From the IMG/VR virus record IMGVR_UViG_3300045988_042432: a stretch of 64,000 bases of DNA; one strand, given 5' to 3'. The translations under genes were made by a program, and so were the position numbers. The stretch's first letter is position 1. Each line of letters starts with the position of its first letter. Shown piece after piece: positions 54,901-64,000 of this stretch. The notes under the pieces are model-generated. The model saw only the letters and a list, made by a program, of their open reading frames with translations. It made no database searches and was not told the DNA's origin. This DNA is from a virus.

Positions 54901-57900
54901 TCTCATATACCAGCCGTATGCTCTAATTCCAGAAAGAGGTTCACTTAGTAATAATTCATCTATAACAGATTCTTCTCCTTTACCCTCTATATCTGCTAAG
55001 AACTCATTTTCAAGCTCATTAGTGCCAGTCATAGTTCTACTAGGTGGTATAAATGTAGGAGCTTGCACTTCCTTAGATTTCTCTTTAGTTGTAGGAGTAG
55101 GCTCTGGTATATCAGTAGATTTTACTGGCTCCGGAGCTTCTTCTGGATTAACTGGAGCAGGTTCAGGTATAGGTGGCTCCTGTGCTTTCCTAGAAGGAGT
55201 ATATCCCTCTAATTCGGCATTAAATGCAGCCATTCTAATTACCTTGAATCTATCTATCACAGCAGAAGGGTCAGAAGTAGTAGATGTATATTCATCTTGA
55301 CGTAAATTAGCTTCTTTGATAATAGTTCCCATGTTGCTATTAATAAAATAAGCTCCGTCCTTAGAACGAGACATCATAGTATAAAATGACTTCATATAAT
55401 CAATAAGTCCAGAGACTGTATTTGTATTATACTTACTGAAGTTTACATCAATTATAGCATGTTTAAACTCAGAACCTTGAACTGATTTAGGAGTACGCAT
55501 AATAATCCTACTATCTGCCATATTGGTTAGCATTTTGTAAGTAGGAGTATTCTCATCATCATACACATATCCGACTTCTCCGTCCCTTTCTAGTATTTGT
55601 CTAACGTCGTCTTCGGTAATAGCAGTGACAAATTTACTTCCATTAAGGATATTGTCTCCGTCTTGATAATAATGTAACTCCATCATGTTACTTATTGTAT
55701 CTTTGACATTATTAACAGCATTAGCTTGACTCTCTGAATCAGCCATTTGTTCTGGAGTAAATGTCAACACACTCAAAGCCGCATTTACCGTAGTATTATT
55801 ATCATTCTGTTGAGTATTAGTAATACGTAAGCTAATATCCAGCTTAGGAGTTCTGACCATTAAAGATTCAGATGACTTAACATTATAGACACTGATGGTA
55901 GGATTCTCATATCCATTCTGATTTAAGTCTCCTAGTGGAACAATAGTTACATTGTTCTTATGTGCCCAATTAGACAAATGTTGCATATAAAGGCTATTTA
56001 CCCAGGTAGCCTCATCAATAAATACAAGCCTCGGAGTTTGAACATCGTTATACTCTATATCTTCATTGATAATGGCAGCTCTATAAGATTCCATTACTGT
56101 TCCACCAGGCGATGTAATGGGGCCAAGTTCTTCTATTGTGAACTGCTTAGACTCCTTATTATTATGTAATATATCATTAGACAGCTCTGCATAATTAGAT
56201 TCTCCCAATACATGACTCATTAAATCCTCTATAGTAAACGCTTTGCCTTCACTTCCTAAAGAAGACACTAGATTATCTACTTGCTGTTTAGTTGGACCTA
56301 CTTTCCATATCTCTGCATCAGGATAGTACTTCTTAACAATGTTCTGAATTAACTTAGCAATAACAGCTGTTTTACCAGCACCACCAATACCGTCTACCAT
56401 TACAGTATTCCAGTATCGTATTAACTCACTACCATAAGTTCCTTTAGGAGTATCTATATTATTAACAGCAGCATTCATTATATCCGGATTAACTGCCATA
56501 GCTGTAGCCAAATATGCAGCATATTCTTGTGAATATAAAGGGGCATAATTAGCATCTGTCTCAACAAGGGATTCTCTTAAGTAATAATCAAAATCTGACT
56601 TCTTAAAAGCTATCATTGCATGTAATAGCATATAAACATCATAATCCTCTAAAGATTTAGTCTCCGGGCTAAATTTGGTGTTTCTTTGCTCTACCAAATT
56701 ATTAATGTTGAATTGATTTCTTACATCAGAGAATAGGTCCTTCAATATAACTTGTGGAGAATCTCCAGTAGTTTGCACTATCTCCTGGAAGTTGTCATAT
56801 AGCTTGTTCTGTAATGAACTAAGTTCCTTAGAGATAAGCGGATTGTCATAGCTAACATTGTCAATATCATCAAGAGTAGGGGTTGGCATAGTATCTATAT
56901 CTTTAAATAGCTGCATGCCTTTATACTTAAGTTCTTTTAGGAACTGGTATCTATCCTTACCCTTTAATATATTAGCTGTCAATTTAGATATTTGTTGACC
57001 TGTTCTACCATGTTTGCTAAATTGATTAACAGCATTCATTCTAGACAATTCTTTCAAGAATGTAAGTTGCCTAGTTATTAATGCCAACTCCTCTTTCATG
57101 ATTGCAGCTATATCACCTCTAATGATTCCATACTTCTCTTCTTTTGGGAAGTAGGTTTCTAGGAAGTAATTCATAGTAGCATTGTGCCCAAATGGATTAT
57201 TGATGTCTAAATCAGTAGTAGAACTGGCATCAATAACAGCACTAAGCATGTCTATGATTTTGAATGCTTGGTCTATTTCCTTCTCCTTATTACCGTCCAA
57301 TACGTAGTCAGATACAGAAGGGGCGTTCTCTAGTCTTCTATTCTCATCTCTTAGTAAGTCAAAGATAGTGAGTTTGCTTCCATATACAGTATTAGTAAGT
57401 TGGTCAAGGAAATCATATACTGGACTAGTTTTGATTTGTAAAACATCCTTCCTTAATTGAGCTATAGTAGCATTAGTAGGATTAGACATTACAAGACTTT
57501 CCATATCCTTAGCTGCTTGTACAAATGTCTTCTCGAAATTATTTATTCTCTCTTCGACTTTCTCCATTACTACAGGAGCGTCTTCCGAAGGGTACACGTC
57601 CCCATTGTTGTCCATGAAGTCTAAAGTGTCATAAACAAGTCTCTTTCTATGTACATCAGAATGAAGAATATTATGAATATTGTCTATAACAGTATCCAAA
57701 TTATTACCGTCTATGTCTTTTAATGTTTCTAATAAGGCATCATATATAGGATGTGGTATTCTGTTCCCGTCTATATCTAAAACTGGTACATCATTTGCAA
57801 TAGCTTTTAATACTACATCAAATGCTGCTTCATTAGAGATTTTGTCTCCAAGTACACTTAATAGAATCTCCTTGGTATCAGCATCCATAAATCCAAACTG

Positions 57901-60894
57901 CATAGCTTGTTGTATTACAGCTTGCACTCTTCCGATTACTTCTAGATTCTGAACTTCAATAGCTTGACGTCTTAGGTCTGCGTCAACTTCAGACTCACCT
58001 TCAATAGGAGAGAATCTTTCTCTTACGAACTTCTTGTTTAGTACTGGTCTAATATTCTTGTCTCTTCCTAATTTAGAAATAAGTACCTGTTCAGCATCAG
58101 CACCTTCTGGCACATCTAACTTGTCAACAGTGGCTCTTAAATCGATTAGATTATTATATGCCCATGCTTTGAACTTATAATAATCATCGTAAGTTACTGT
58201 GCCTTCTTCAAGTTTAGTAGAGAAATCTTTATTAAGCTTCTTAAATATACCATAGGCTGTATCAAGAGCTTGCATCTTGTCTTGCTGTTTATAAGATGCA
58301 TAATCAGACTCGTAACCTTTAACTTGTTCAGGAGCCATATCTTGGAATCTTTGTCCTGATTTAAACTCAACAAAATCCCTAAATGTTGGTGCATAGAAGA
58401 ATGCATTTACACTATTATCAATAGCGAACAGCATTTGACCAGTATAGTATTCAGAGAATGTTCCGTCTAGGAATTTCTGTTTCTTCAAATCAAGGTCAGC
58501 CTTCTCTTGTCTTAGCCTTTGTAAGTCGTCAGCATAAGTAGTACTCTTCTTACTTTCTGTTCCAGTGTCTTGTGTATTAGACTCTAATGCGGCTATCTTT
58601 CTACGAACTTCTACAATGTCAGAAACTAAACTATTAAAATCTTGAAGCATTTTGCCATTATATCCATTCTCTATAGCTCTACCGAACTTCTGCCCGTCTG
58701 ATACTTCAAAGCTAGCTAGAGCTTTCATCCTAATGTCCCCCATTACCATTTTGTCAAGGAGCTGTTCATCAGAGAAGTTTAATCCCTCTTGATTAATAAC
58801 AGCGTCAAGATGCTGTAGGTAATTCTTAGTCATGGTATAGACTGCTTCGTTTTGATTGTCACTAGGAGTAGTAGGAGAGGTCCATATAGTACCTTGGTCT
58901 GTATCTTCTGTCTTAGTAGCAGACAGATTCTTATTGCCAAGCTTGCCCTTTTTCCGCATGTCATTTAATTCTTCCATTAACTCGCTAGTTCTGCCATTTC
59001 TAATAAGGTAGATAAGTTCTTGGTTAGTTTGTTCATTAGTGGCCTTCCTATTCTGTGCAATATCTACACCATAGAAGATAGCACCACCAAGAGCTCCTCC
59101 GAAGAAGTTCATACCATATCTTTCAGCTGCATTCTCCCAAGCATCAAGTTTCTGTTTACTCTTAGTGTAACCCATTTCTTGAGCCCAGTTAAATGTAGCT
59201 TTCGATAGGTCAACTACTAATTCTTCAGACATTTCTTCCAGACCTTCACCTATGGCCTTACCTACGAATCCTGTAGTATGATTTCTAATGTCAGACCAAT
59301 AATTAGAAGAGTATTGTTTAGCAGTATTAAACATTTTAGCCAGCTTGTTAGGCTTAGGCATGTTACTAGTAGCAAGTTGACCCAATCCCTTATTAATTTC
59401 TCCAGTTACTTGTGAGATAGCCTTTCTGTAAGTGAGAGCGTCTCCTTTAAGCTCTGGGAAGAATAATTCACCAAGTCCAGTTCTATCAACTGCATACATG
59501 CCAGCTACTGCTCCCCATGCTATAGCTGCTGCTTCTGCTCTATCAGCTCCTTGCTCTATAGCATCTTCAAAAGTCTCAAGACCTTGCATCATAGCCATAT
59601 AACCTAGAGCTGTATTAGCTGCCATTCTGTTATTTCTTTTAAGAATAGTCTCAAACGCTTTTGTACCTTTAAGCCTATTCATCTCATACAAGCTGCCTAT
59701 GGCTCCTTTATATTTATCAGGATTAGAAGCCAGTAATCTAGTTGATTCCAAATCAGCAGCTTGCATTGCAGCTTTGTACTTCTTATCTGTACCTAGTAAT
59801 GCATTCATGCCTTTGAAGATAGTTCTTTGCTGTCCCCACTGTAATGCCACATCGGTTACTAAATCAAAGAAATTCTCTGCTGACATCAATTTACCTTGAG
59901 AGTATTCTGATTTAGAGCCTTTAAATGTTCTACCTATACCTTGTATTAGATTAGCTGTAGGCGTATCTTCGTTCAGTCCTAGAGTAGATTTATAAATAGT
60001 GGGTAGTATATCCATTAACTGAGCACCAATCATAGCTCCTCCATATACCAAATTCACATAAGGTACAAATAAAGGTGCTAGTGAAGTCACTGTCTTCATA
60101 ACAGTACCAGTAACAGACTTATCAAGTCCGTCAGAATCAAAGAAGTCATATTTATTAGCAGCAGAACCGTCTACTGTGAAACTGTCAAACATAGATTTAA
60201 ACTTACGACCATAAGCTTCTCTTCCGGCTAGTGTCTCATAGTAGTAGGTTCCTTCGTCATTGTATTTAAGGTCACCTTTACTATGCTTAACTATTCTGCC
60301 AGAGTATGGGTCTTTATGCTCTCCGTCTGAATCCCATTGGGCAAGTACTAAAGGTTCTGAAAGTGATTTCAAGAAACCTAATGGGCTGCCAAATAGAACA
60401 TTATCATTAGGAGTATAGTCTTCGTACTTACCAGTTTCGTAGTTAAATACCTTCTGTGTTTGTGCTAGTTCTGATGCTGTCCATTCTCTATTATCTGTGC
60501 GTCCTATTTGTGACACACCAGTCTTCAATCTATCAGGATTAAGTACCCTTCTAACATTAAAATTAATAGGTTTATCCTCTGCATCATTAGGTTTTAATTG
60601 AGAATATGGGTCCCAATCAACGTCCTCCATGATTGTATCCTCGAATTGGTCATTGGCAAACTTTTGATAAGTAAATGCAGCACTATCATACTTTTGGTTA
60701 AATGCTACTTCATTAAACTTACCATTCTCATCCTTAAACATTTCTTGGACAAACTTACTATTCCTGTAAGTATTCTTATCTAGTAATCCAGTATTATCAG
60801 CTGTTAATCCTACATCTCTAAAATTGTCCATAGTAAATGAAGGATTCTCTAATTGAGCTACAAACCAATCATTAGGTTTCTTTATATCATTCAT
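51991..60894 (-). CDS. giant protein (2967 aa), putative ejected/cargo protein with embedded SF1 helicase-like module
   Basis: Hydrophobic Gly/Ala-rich segments in the N-terminal third. Walker A 'DGIGGAGKT', Walker B 'LVFIDEATWV', 'VQGSEFKHAIIDV' and 'YTMMSRSKDGAY'. Pro/Glu-rich linker 'PPIPEPAPVNPEEAPEPV...PEPTPTT'. Confidence 0.8.
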   Translation of the reverse strand: MNDIKKPNDWFVAQLENPSFTMDNFRDVGLTADNTGLLDKNTYRNSKFVQEMFKDENGKFNEVAFNQKYDSAAFTYQKFANDQFEDTIMEDVDWDPYSQLKPNDAEDKPINFNVRRVLNPDRLKTGVSQIGRTDNREWTASELAQTQKVFNYETGKYEDYTPNDNVLFGSPLGFLKSLSEPLVLAQWDSDGEHKDPYSGRIVKHSKGDLKYNDEGTYYYETLAGREAYGRKFKSMFDSFTVDGSAANKYDFFDSDGLDKSVTGTVMKTVTSLAPLFVPYVNLVYGGAMIGAQLMDILPTIYKSTLGLNEDTPTANLIQGIGRTFKGSKSEYSQGKLMSAENFFDLVTDVALQWGQQRTIFKGMNALLGTDKKYKAAMQAADLESTRLLASNPDKYKGAIGSLYEMNRLKGTKAFETILKRNNRMAANTALGYMAMMQGLETFEDAIEQGADRAEAAAIAWGAVAGMYAVDRTGLGELFFPELKGDALTYRKAISQVTGEINKGLGQLATSNMPKPNKLAKMFNTAKQYSSNYWSDIRNHTTGFVGKAIGEGLEEMSEELVVDLSKATFNWAQEMGYTKSKQKLDAWENAAERYGMNFFGGALGGAIFYGVDIAQNRKATNEQTNQELIYLIRNGRTSELMEELNDMRKKGKLGNKNLSATKTEDTDQGTIWTSPTTPSDNQNEAVYTMTKNYLQHLDAVINQEGLNFSDEQLLDKMVMGDIRMKALASFEVSDGQKFGRAIENGYNGKMLQDFNSLVSDIVEVRRKIAALESNTQDTGTESKKSTTYADDLQRLRQEKADLDLKKQKFLDGTFSEYYTGQMLFAIDNSVNAFFYAPTFRDFVEFKSGQRFQDMAPEQVKGYESDYASYKQQDKMQALDTAYGIFKKLNKDFSTKLEEGTVTYDDYYKFKAWAYNNLIDLRATVDKLDVPEGADAEQVLISKLGRDKNIRPVLNKKFVRERFSPIEGESEVDADLRRQAIEVQNLEVIGRVQAVIQQAMQFGFMDADTKEILLSVLGDKISNEAAFDVVLKAIANDVPVLDIDGNRIPHPIYDALLETLKDIDGNNLDTVIDNIHNILHSDVHRKRLVYDTLDFMDNNGDVYPSEDAPVVMEKVEERINNFEKTFVQAAKDMESLVMSNPTNATIAQLRKDVLQIKTSPVYDFLDQLTNTVYGSKLTIFDLLRDENRRLENAPSVSDYVLDGNKEKEIDQAFKIIDMLSAVIDASSTTDLDINNPFGHNATMNYFLETYFPKEEKYGIIRGDIAAIMKEELALITRQLTFLKELSRMNAVNQFSKHGRTGQQISKLTANILKGKDRYQFLKELKYKGMQLFKDIDTMPTPTLDDIDNVSYDNPLISKELSSLQNKLYDNFQEIVQTTGDSPQVILKDLFSDVRNQFNINNLVEQRNTKFSPETKSLEDYDVYMLLHAMIAFKKSDFDYYLRESLVETDANYAPLYSQEYAAYLATAMAVNPDIMNAAVNNIDTPKGTYGSELIRYWNTVMVDGIGGAGKTAVIAKLIQNIVKKYYPDAEIWKVGPTKQQVDNLVSSLGSEGKAFTIEDLMSHVLGESNYAELSNDILHNNKESKQFTIEELGPITSPGGTVMESYRAAIINEDIEYNDVQTPRLVFIDEATWVNSLYMQHLSNWAHKNNVTIVPLGDLNQNGYENPTISVYNVKSSESLMVRTPKLDISLRITNTQQNDNNTTVNAALSVLTFTPEQMADSESQANAVNNVKDTISNMMELHYYQDGDNILNGSKFVTAITEDDVRQILERDGEVGYVYDDENTPTYKMLTNMADSRIIMRTPKSVQGSEFKHAIIDVNFSKYNTNTVSGLIDYMKSFYTMMSRSKDGAYFINSNMGTIIKEANLRQDEYTSTTSDPSAVIDRFKVIRMAAFNAELEGYTPSRKAQEPPIPEPAPVNPEEAPEPVKSTDIPEPTPTTKEKSKEVQAPTFIPPSRTMTGTNELENEFLADIEGKGEESVIDELLLSEPLSGIRAYGWYMRYGMAETSDGKFTRVVRNDVVDDLNVFTRSNVEYDTNTLQPAKDMLVDVRNYLTFGEKFDADFIQKLSDNGYKYLAGLGAEVWNNGTFNLEIRKDDTNEEGTDKARDKQGYDSTKVEPVAFNIVYRIPMEKGNDLQFTIGKLTNPDTWQKWNNSNGKDADIAARINKYKKWYKNMQKEILDNPSTVKYLGIDESDISFSAATRLKKVPDQTWNLDKVREAFPNAIISPMYLYAGHGGVAMVDKSVRGKGVVFATSNKHLKIDGEKVTESNLAEMYLRMQKKRKAALDEAKSRGLSDKDAQAEVAKTVPPLIRMIVANSNGTFIDNYFRLSFNDLVHTADDGKTKLDKNQVKEYLGTFGSNTTAARMLVSMWNYRSGLKNFIKAYDTYRQANNLDDVRGTSEVNEFNRLIDQSTVDGQKRVPWDSSIYNGFMFRLTYADAIKTNAPGMVVRPINLSRNEWQTFDSNGKVPRTLTYGVYIDPKVAQAQLSILDNLFSILEEYISLPGNPNFTIATNGRDMDNILAQLIADDGAIELTDGKNTYKHAASNIGGMGGSFKMVGLLSSVYKLFSAGKKSDESYVFRAKARDGKMKETRLEELSFNIVRAVRDAGRDNYFSVLNNMFNVIFHGTPTIKEGAATTTYAPFINGIYYTPRTPTSHDSRPSDFYPTRNNDNQFYIDTAIESPNFEITIDPTVLSERQFNKGVPHNRQSEFDNNITLIANGVSSAFTGYTSIDQILNDARNEYLEKGDIALDEILKGVATKVNTSLTNDINNRQLLINNDPVIHLDMTVDVNNMPVINKVHTLLQEINVKSPSVLPKTKDGEIDTTGIQNVDYSSGNLQDFTVYLQGGQTIKGSIIGSEVNIVDTVMYEVPFDPNREQKLKIFEDTIGDHENLRETEIMTVIQELRATTSLTPEAADALLDKIRLVDNHFEGYLTDEQLDDPDILDVMEYINSLANNKQIIDSQNCKLNI

Positions 60895-60895
60895 A

Positions 60896-62728
60896 TCAAT
60901 TATTTAATATTTTAGATGTACTTGGAGTCATAAATGAGTCTAATTTAGCTGCTCTAGCTGCCCTTCCCTTTAGGATTGTCATATCTCCCCAGTCAGCAGG
61001 TACAGTAGGATTCTCGCCAGCGACGTTAAGAGCTAATCCAGCACTCTCTCTTAGTGGCATATAAGCAACTGTTCTATATATGTCATCATAAGGTTTCATT
61101 CCAAGTGTTCCTTTAAATAAGTTCTCTATATCATCAGGGTCAACATTAGGCATACTTCTGATATTAGTCATATAACCTTCCCCTGCCCTATCTACATCAA
61201 TTGCACCTTTCTTGCTGCCAAACCATGGGTCTTCCCCGCTAGCATATACGTTAGTCATTAAGAAAGGACGGAATTTAGATTTGTCCCAAACTAGTCTTCC
61301 GTTAGCATCTTGCACCATATATCCTTCTAAGTCATGCTTCATAAGTATGCTCTGCACTTCATCAGCACTTATATTAGCTCCTCTGGATTCTATTTCTTTT
61401 TGAGCTTCGATGAATCTAGGCATAAGTTCAAAGTCTGGAGCTATACTGCCGTTTTGGTCATATGTGTATGGTAGAACTGCCCTTGCAAGTTGAGTTCCGT
61501 CATACAGCACCTGCCCAAATTTAGAAGAATCGACTTTCTGATTGCCTAAATGAATGCTATTACTGTCAACAATACCTCCAATTCCAGACATTAGTAATGA
61601 CTCTAATGAGCCTTTAGCAACTAAGTTACCGTCTTGTCCTTGTGGTGTACCATAAAATACAGCATCCGCTTCCATTTGGTAACCTTGTCCGGGATTAAGT
61701 ATGTATTTACCAGCATCTCCATTCTCCCCCATGTAATAAGACATAATAGGTTTAATCTGCATAGTCTTATTAGATTTAGAGCCAGATTCAGATGCTCCCT
61801 CTGTGGCATTCTTATCATAATCTACTTTAATAGAATAGTCAGAATCAATTCCAGATGAAATCATACCAGCCAGTAATTCATATGCACCTTTAGTAGGGTC
61901 CAATCCAGACAATGCAGCCTTACCTCTTAGTAAAGCCTTTGCATTATTAGGCATGGTAGACAGCAAGTAAGTAAGAGCTACTCTAGCCTTCTTTGATTGG
62001 TCAGTATTACTTTCTGTAATTTTATACACTCCGTCCTGTCCAGTAGCTAGTAATTCGTCTATTCCCTCCTTTATATCTTTACCTTTCTTAGTTTTAAAGA
62101 ACTCTTTAGAAGTGCTATCCTTACCTATTTTACCAATGAGGTCCCATACTGTCTTATTAATACTATCCATGCTGACTCCATTAGCAATTACAGTTGATAT
62201 ATTATTAGCATATGGTAATTTATTAGCTCGTAGGTCAGCCAGGTCAGCATTAGTAAGAACTCTATCACCTTGCTCTAGAGTTGCTTTAGTAGTAATTCCG
62301 TCCTCTCCCATTACATAATATCTGCCGTCAGTAGTAATCGCCATTTCACCAAAGGAGCCATTCTTCTGTGACTCTGCTATAGCATCTTTTAGTTGAGTTT
62401 TGCCCTCTCTAAGTCTTGCCATTAGTTGAAGAGTTCTTCTATAAGCTGTGGCAGTTTGATTTGGATTGAATGGGTTGTTCTGACTACTGAATAGATTACC
62501 TATTTCTTCAGCCACTGCATCAGTGTCGCTAATAAGACCCTCTTTATACAGAGCAGTAATCAATGATTTATCTATACCTCCTATTGTATTCTTATCTGCT
62601 TCTGCATTGCTGCTCATTGCTCCTTCAACATAGGGAGCCGTAGGTTGCGGTTGAGGAACGTTAGTATAGCTAACAAAGGCGGGAATACCCCCGCCCTGTA
62701 GCTTCTGTATTTTATTTATTATTTCCAT
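60896..62728 (-). CDS. virion block protein of unknown function (610 aa)
   Basis: Long ORF in the minus-strand operon; only 1 nt separates its stop (60896) from the start of the next gene downstream (60894). Confidence 0.7.
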   Translation of the reverse strand: MEIINKIQKLQGGGIPAFVSYTNVPQPQPTAPYVEGAMSSNAEADKNTIGGIDKSLITALYKEGLISDTDAVAEEIGNLFSSQNNPFNPNQTATAYRRTLQLMARLREGKTQLKDAIAESQKNGSFGEMAITTDGRYYVMGEDGITTKATLEQGDRVLTNADLADLRANKLPYANNISTVIANGVSMDSINKTVWDLIGKIGKDSTSKEFFKTKKGKDIKEGIDELLATGQDGVYKITESNTDQSKKARVALTYLLSTMPNNAKALLRGKAALSGLDPTKGAYELLAGMISSGIDSDYSIKVDYDKNATEGASESGSKSNKTMQIKPIMSYYMGENGDAGKYILNPGQGYQMEADAVFYGTPQGQDGNLVAKGSLESLLMSGIGGIVDSNSIHLGNQKVDSSKFGQVLYDGTQLARAVLPYTYDQNGSIAPDFELMPRFIEAQKEIESRGANISADEVQSILMKHDLEGYMVQDANGRLVWDKSKFRPFLMTNVYASGEDPWFGSKKGAIDVDRAGEGYMTNIRSMPNVDPDDIENLFKGTLGMKPYDDIYRTVAYMPLRESAGLALNVAGENPTVPADWGDMTILKGRAARAAKLDSFMTPSTSKILNN

Positions 62729-63999
62729 GACATTCCTTTCTTAATTAGTTCAGAAGTTAATGAAGACATATGTTTAATCATATCAGCATGTTGCTTCTTC
62801 GCTGCCATTATGTCTTTATGGAATTGCTTATTATCTGCTAGCATTCTTCTGTTGAAATCCTTAGCTCTTTGAATTATAATCCTTTCCTGGGCTGTCAACC
62901 TTCCACCCTTAGCATAAGTATATGGGGTATTAGGAGAAGGAGTAGTTCTTTGGAACATCCAAGGCATTCCAACATTATTTCTAGAATAATTAAGCATATC
63001 TGTATTGTACTGTCTTAATAATTGTTGCTGTTTAGCTGTATTCCCAGCTTGAACTGCTGCATCATATTGTGGCTGCATTGTAGATAGTAACCCCTGCCTA
63101 TAAGATTCAGCATCGTATTGTTTACGAGCTGCTCTATTCTGTCTGAATTGATTTTCAATACCAGATAGGTAAGGATTAATAACTTGCTGATAATTAGCTG
63201 TAGTCTTAGCAGAATCAATTTGCGCCTTAGCAGCATCAATTTGTAGCATTGAAGCTCTATTTCTATTGGCAACATCAGTTCTTCTAGCTTTAGCAGCATC
63301 CGACTCTTGTTGAGCCATCATTCTTGTCTTATAGAACATATCAGCATCAGCCATATCTCCTTGGAATCTTATATCACCAGCTTTGTTCTGTGCTTCTAAT
63401 TCTCCAGCAAGCTGAAGCGATGCATCAGAAGTTCTAGGTCTAGCGGCAAGAGATGTCAAATTAGAAGCTTGCCTATCAGCAGATGCTTTAGCAAAGTAGT
63501 TACCAGTAATGGGTACAGTGTTCTCATATGTATCTATTAGCAATGGTTTTAGTCCAGCTTTGTACTGTTCAGCTGCCTTGTTATTAGTTGCCAATCCTCC
63601 AACCATTCTGCCTAATGCTATCACATCCTCTGGCAATACACTAAAACCTCCTAAACCTTTCTTTTCACCTCCAGCTGCTCCGCGTACAGTACCGTCTCCG
63701 GCAGCTTTCTGTGACCTTTTAGCATCTCTAATTTGCTTCTTAGTAGGATTACTACCCATAGCTGGAACTGGAGATTCTAGTTTAGTTGGCATAGCTGGTT
63801 GTGGATTTCCACTAGTAATACCTGCTGCCTTAGCTTTAGGCATAAAGTTTAGCATTCCAGTATTTAAGTTCTTAATAACATCAATATTATCATTAACTCC
63901 AGCTCTAACTTTAGCTAGATTATCAGCACTGATATTGTTAGTTCCTAGATGTCTTAACCAAGTTTGGTCTCCTGCATATCCGTCAGCAGTCCATTGAGT
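62719..63999 (-). CDS. virion block protein, 5'-partial (open to the window edge)
   Basis: The track lists 378 aa from the ATG at 63855. The same frame stays open upstream to the window end (TQWTADGYAGDQTWLRHLGTNNISADNLAKVRAGVNDNIDVIKNLNTG-MLNF...), so the true start may lie beyond 64000. Confidence 0.6.
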   Translation of the reverse strand, partial: TQWTADGYAGDQTWLRHLGTNNISADNLAKVRAGVNDNIDVIKNLNTGMLNFMPKAKAAGITSGNPQPAMPTKLESPVPAMGSNPTKKQIRDAKRSQKAAGDGTVRGAAGGEKKGLGGFSVLPEDVIALGRMVGGLATNNKAAEQYKAGLKPLLIDTYENTVPITGNYFAKASADRQASNLTSLAARPRTSDASLQLAGELEAQNKAGDIRFQGDMADADMFYKTRMMAQQESDAAKARRTDVANRNRASMLQIDAAKAQIDSAKTTANYQQVINPYLSGIENQFRQNRAARKQYDAESYRQGLLSTMQPQYDAAVQAGNTAKQQQLLRQYNTDMLNYSRNNVGMPWMFQRTTPSPNTPYTYAKGGRLTAQERIIIQRAKDFNRRMLADNKQFHKDIMAAKKQHADMIKHMSSLTSELIKKGMSWK

Positions 64000-64000
64000 A

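Noticed and set aside
55080-55195. Pro/Glu-rich stretch in the 2967-aa protein, considered as a DNA tandem repeat or a variable region.
   Set aside because: It is low-complexity at the protein level only. No exact nucleotide repeat unit is visible.
63509-63997. 162-aa plus-strand ORF, together with the many 60-175-aa ORFs antisense to the giant minus-strand genes (for example 54776-55300 and 48204-48902) and those antisense to plus-strand genes (for example 27487-28149).
   Set aside because: These are shadow ORFs lying inside much longer, motif-bearing genes on the opposite strand. Their composition is low-complexity Ser/Leu/Ile-rich, and no independent signals support them.
1-64000. Search for tRNA or rRNA genes, CRISPR arrays, integrase/attachment sites and DGR components (reverse transcriptase, template/variable repeats).
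   Set aside because: The window is almost fully occupied by protein-coding ORFs. The only sizeable non-coding stretch (4457-4618) is intron RNA. I saw no cloverleaf-like segment, spaced direct repeats, or RT or integrase motifs. A tRNAscan or Rfam scan would be needed to exclude small RNAs formally.

Overview
This window looks like a Crassvirales (crAss-like) phage fragment: AT-rich and densely packed, probably with a Bacteroidota host. It has two convergent arms that meet at a hairpin/T-run terminator near 35.2 kb.

The plus arm (1-35171) carries DNA replication and nucleotide metabolism genes:
- an anaerobic RNR gene nrdD split by a group I intron that carries an HNH-AP2 homing endonuclease, plus nrdG
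- a Dda/RecD-like helicase, dUTPase, ATP-dependent DNA ligase, family A DNA polymerase, ThyX and a dNMP kinase-like protein
- two free-standing homing endonucleases
- many small ORFs of unknown function.

The plus arm also holds two accessory modules:
1. A translationally coupled block (26175-32200) encodes every step from nicotinamide to NAD+ (PncA, PncB, NadD-like, NadE). It also contains a Nudix hydrolase, a SLOG/DUF2493-like protein, an AAA+ ATPase and a lipoprotein.
2. An RNA/tRNA repair set comprises an Rnl5-like RNA ligase, a head-only CCA-adding-type nucleotidyltransferase and a T4 Pnkp-like kinase-phosphatase. The Pnkp P-loop is interrupted by an in-frame TGA that sits 2 nt after a perfect 12-bp hairpin. 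A separate HAD-YqeY fusion lies 17 kb away.

The minus arm (35234-64000) is the crAss-type block of giant virion or ejected proteins:
- a 3254-aa protein with a DYDID motif, the likely virion RNA polymerase
- a 2967-aa protein with an embedded SF1 helicase-like module
- an 804-aa protein with an HExxH motif
- a 1523-aa protein with a RecB-like nuclease motif set.

I found no tRNA, rRNA, CRISPR array, integrase or reverse transcriptase. All functional calls come from motifs read in the supplied translations; no database search was run.
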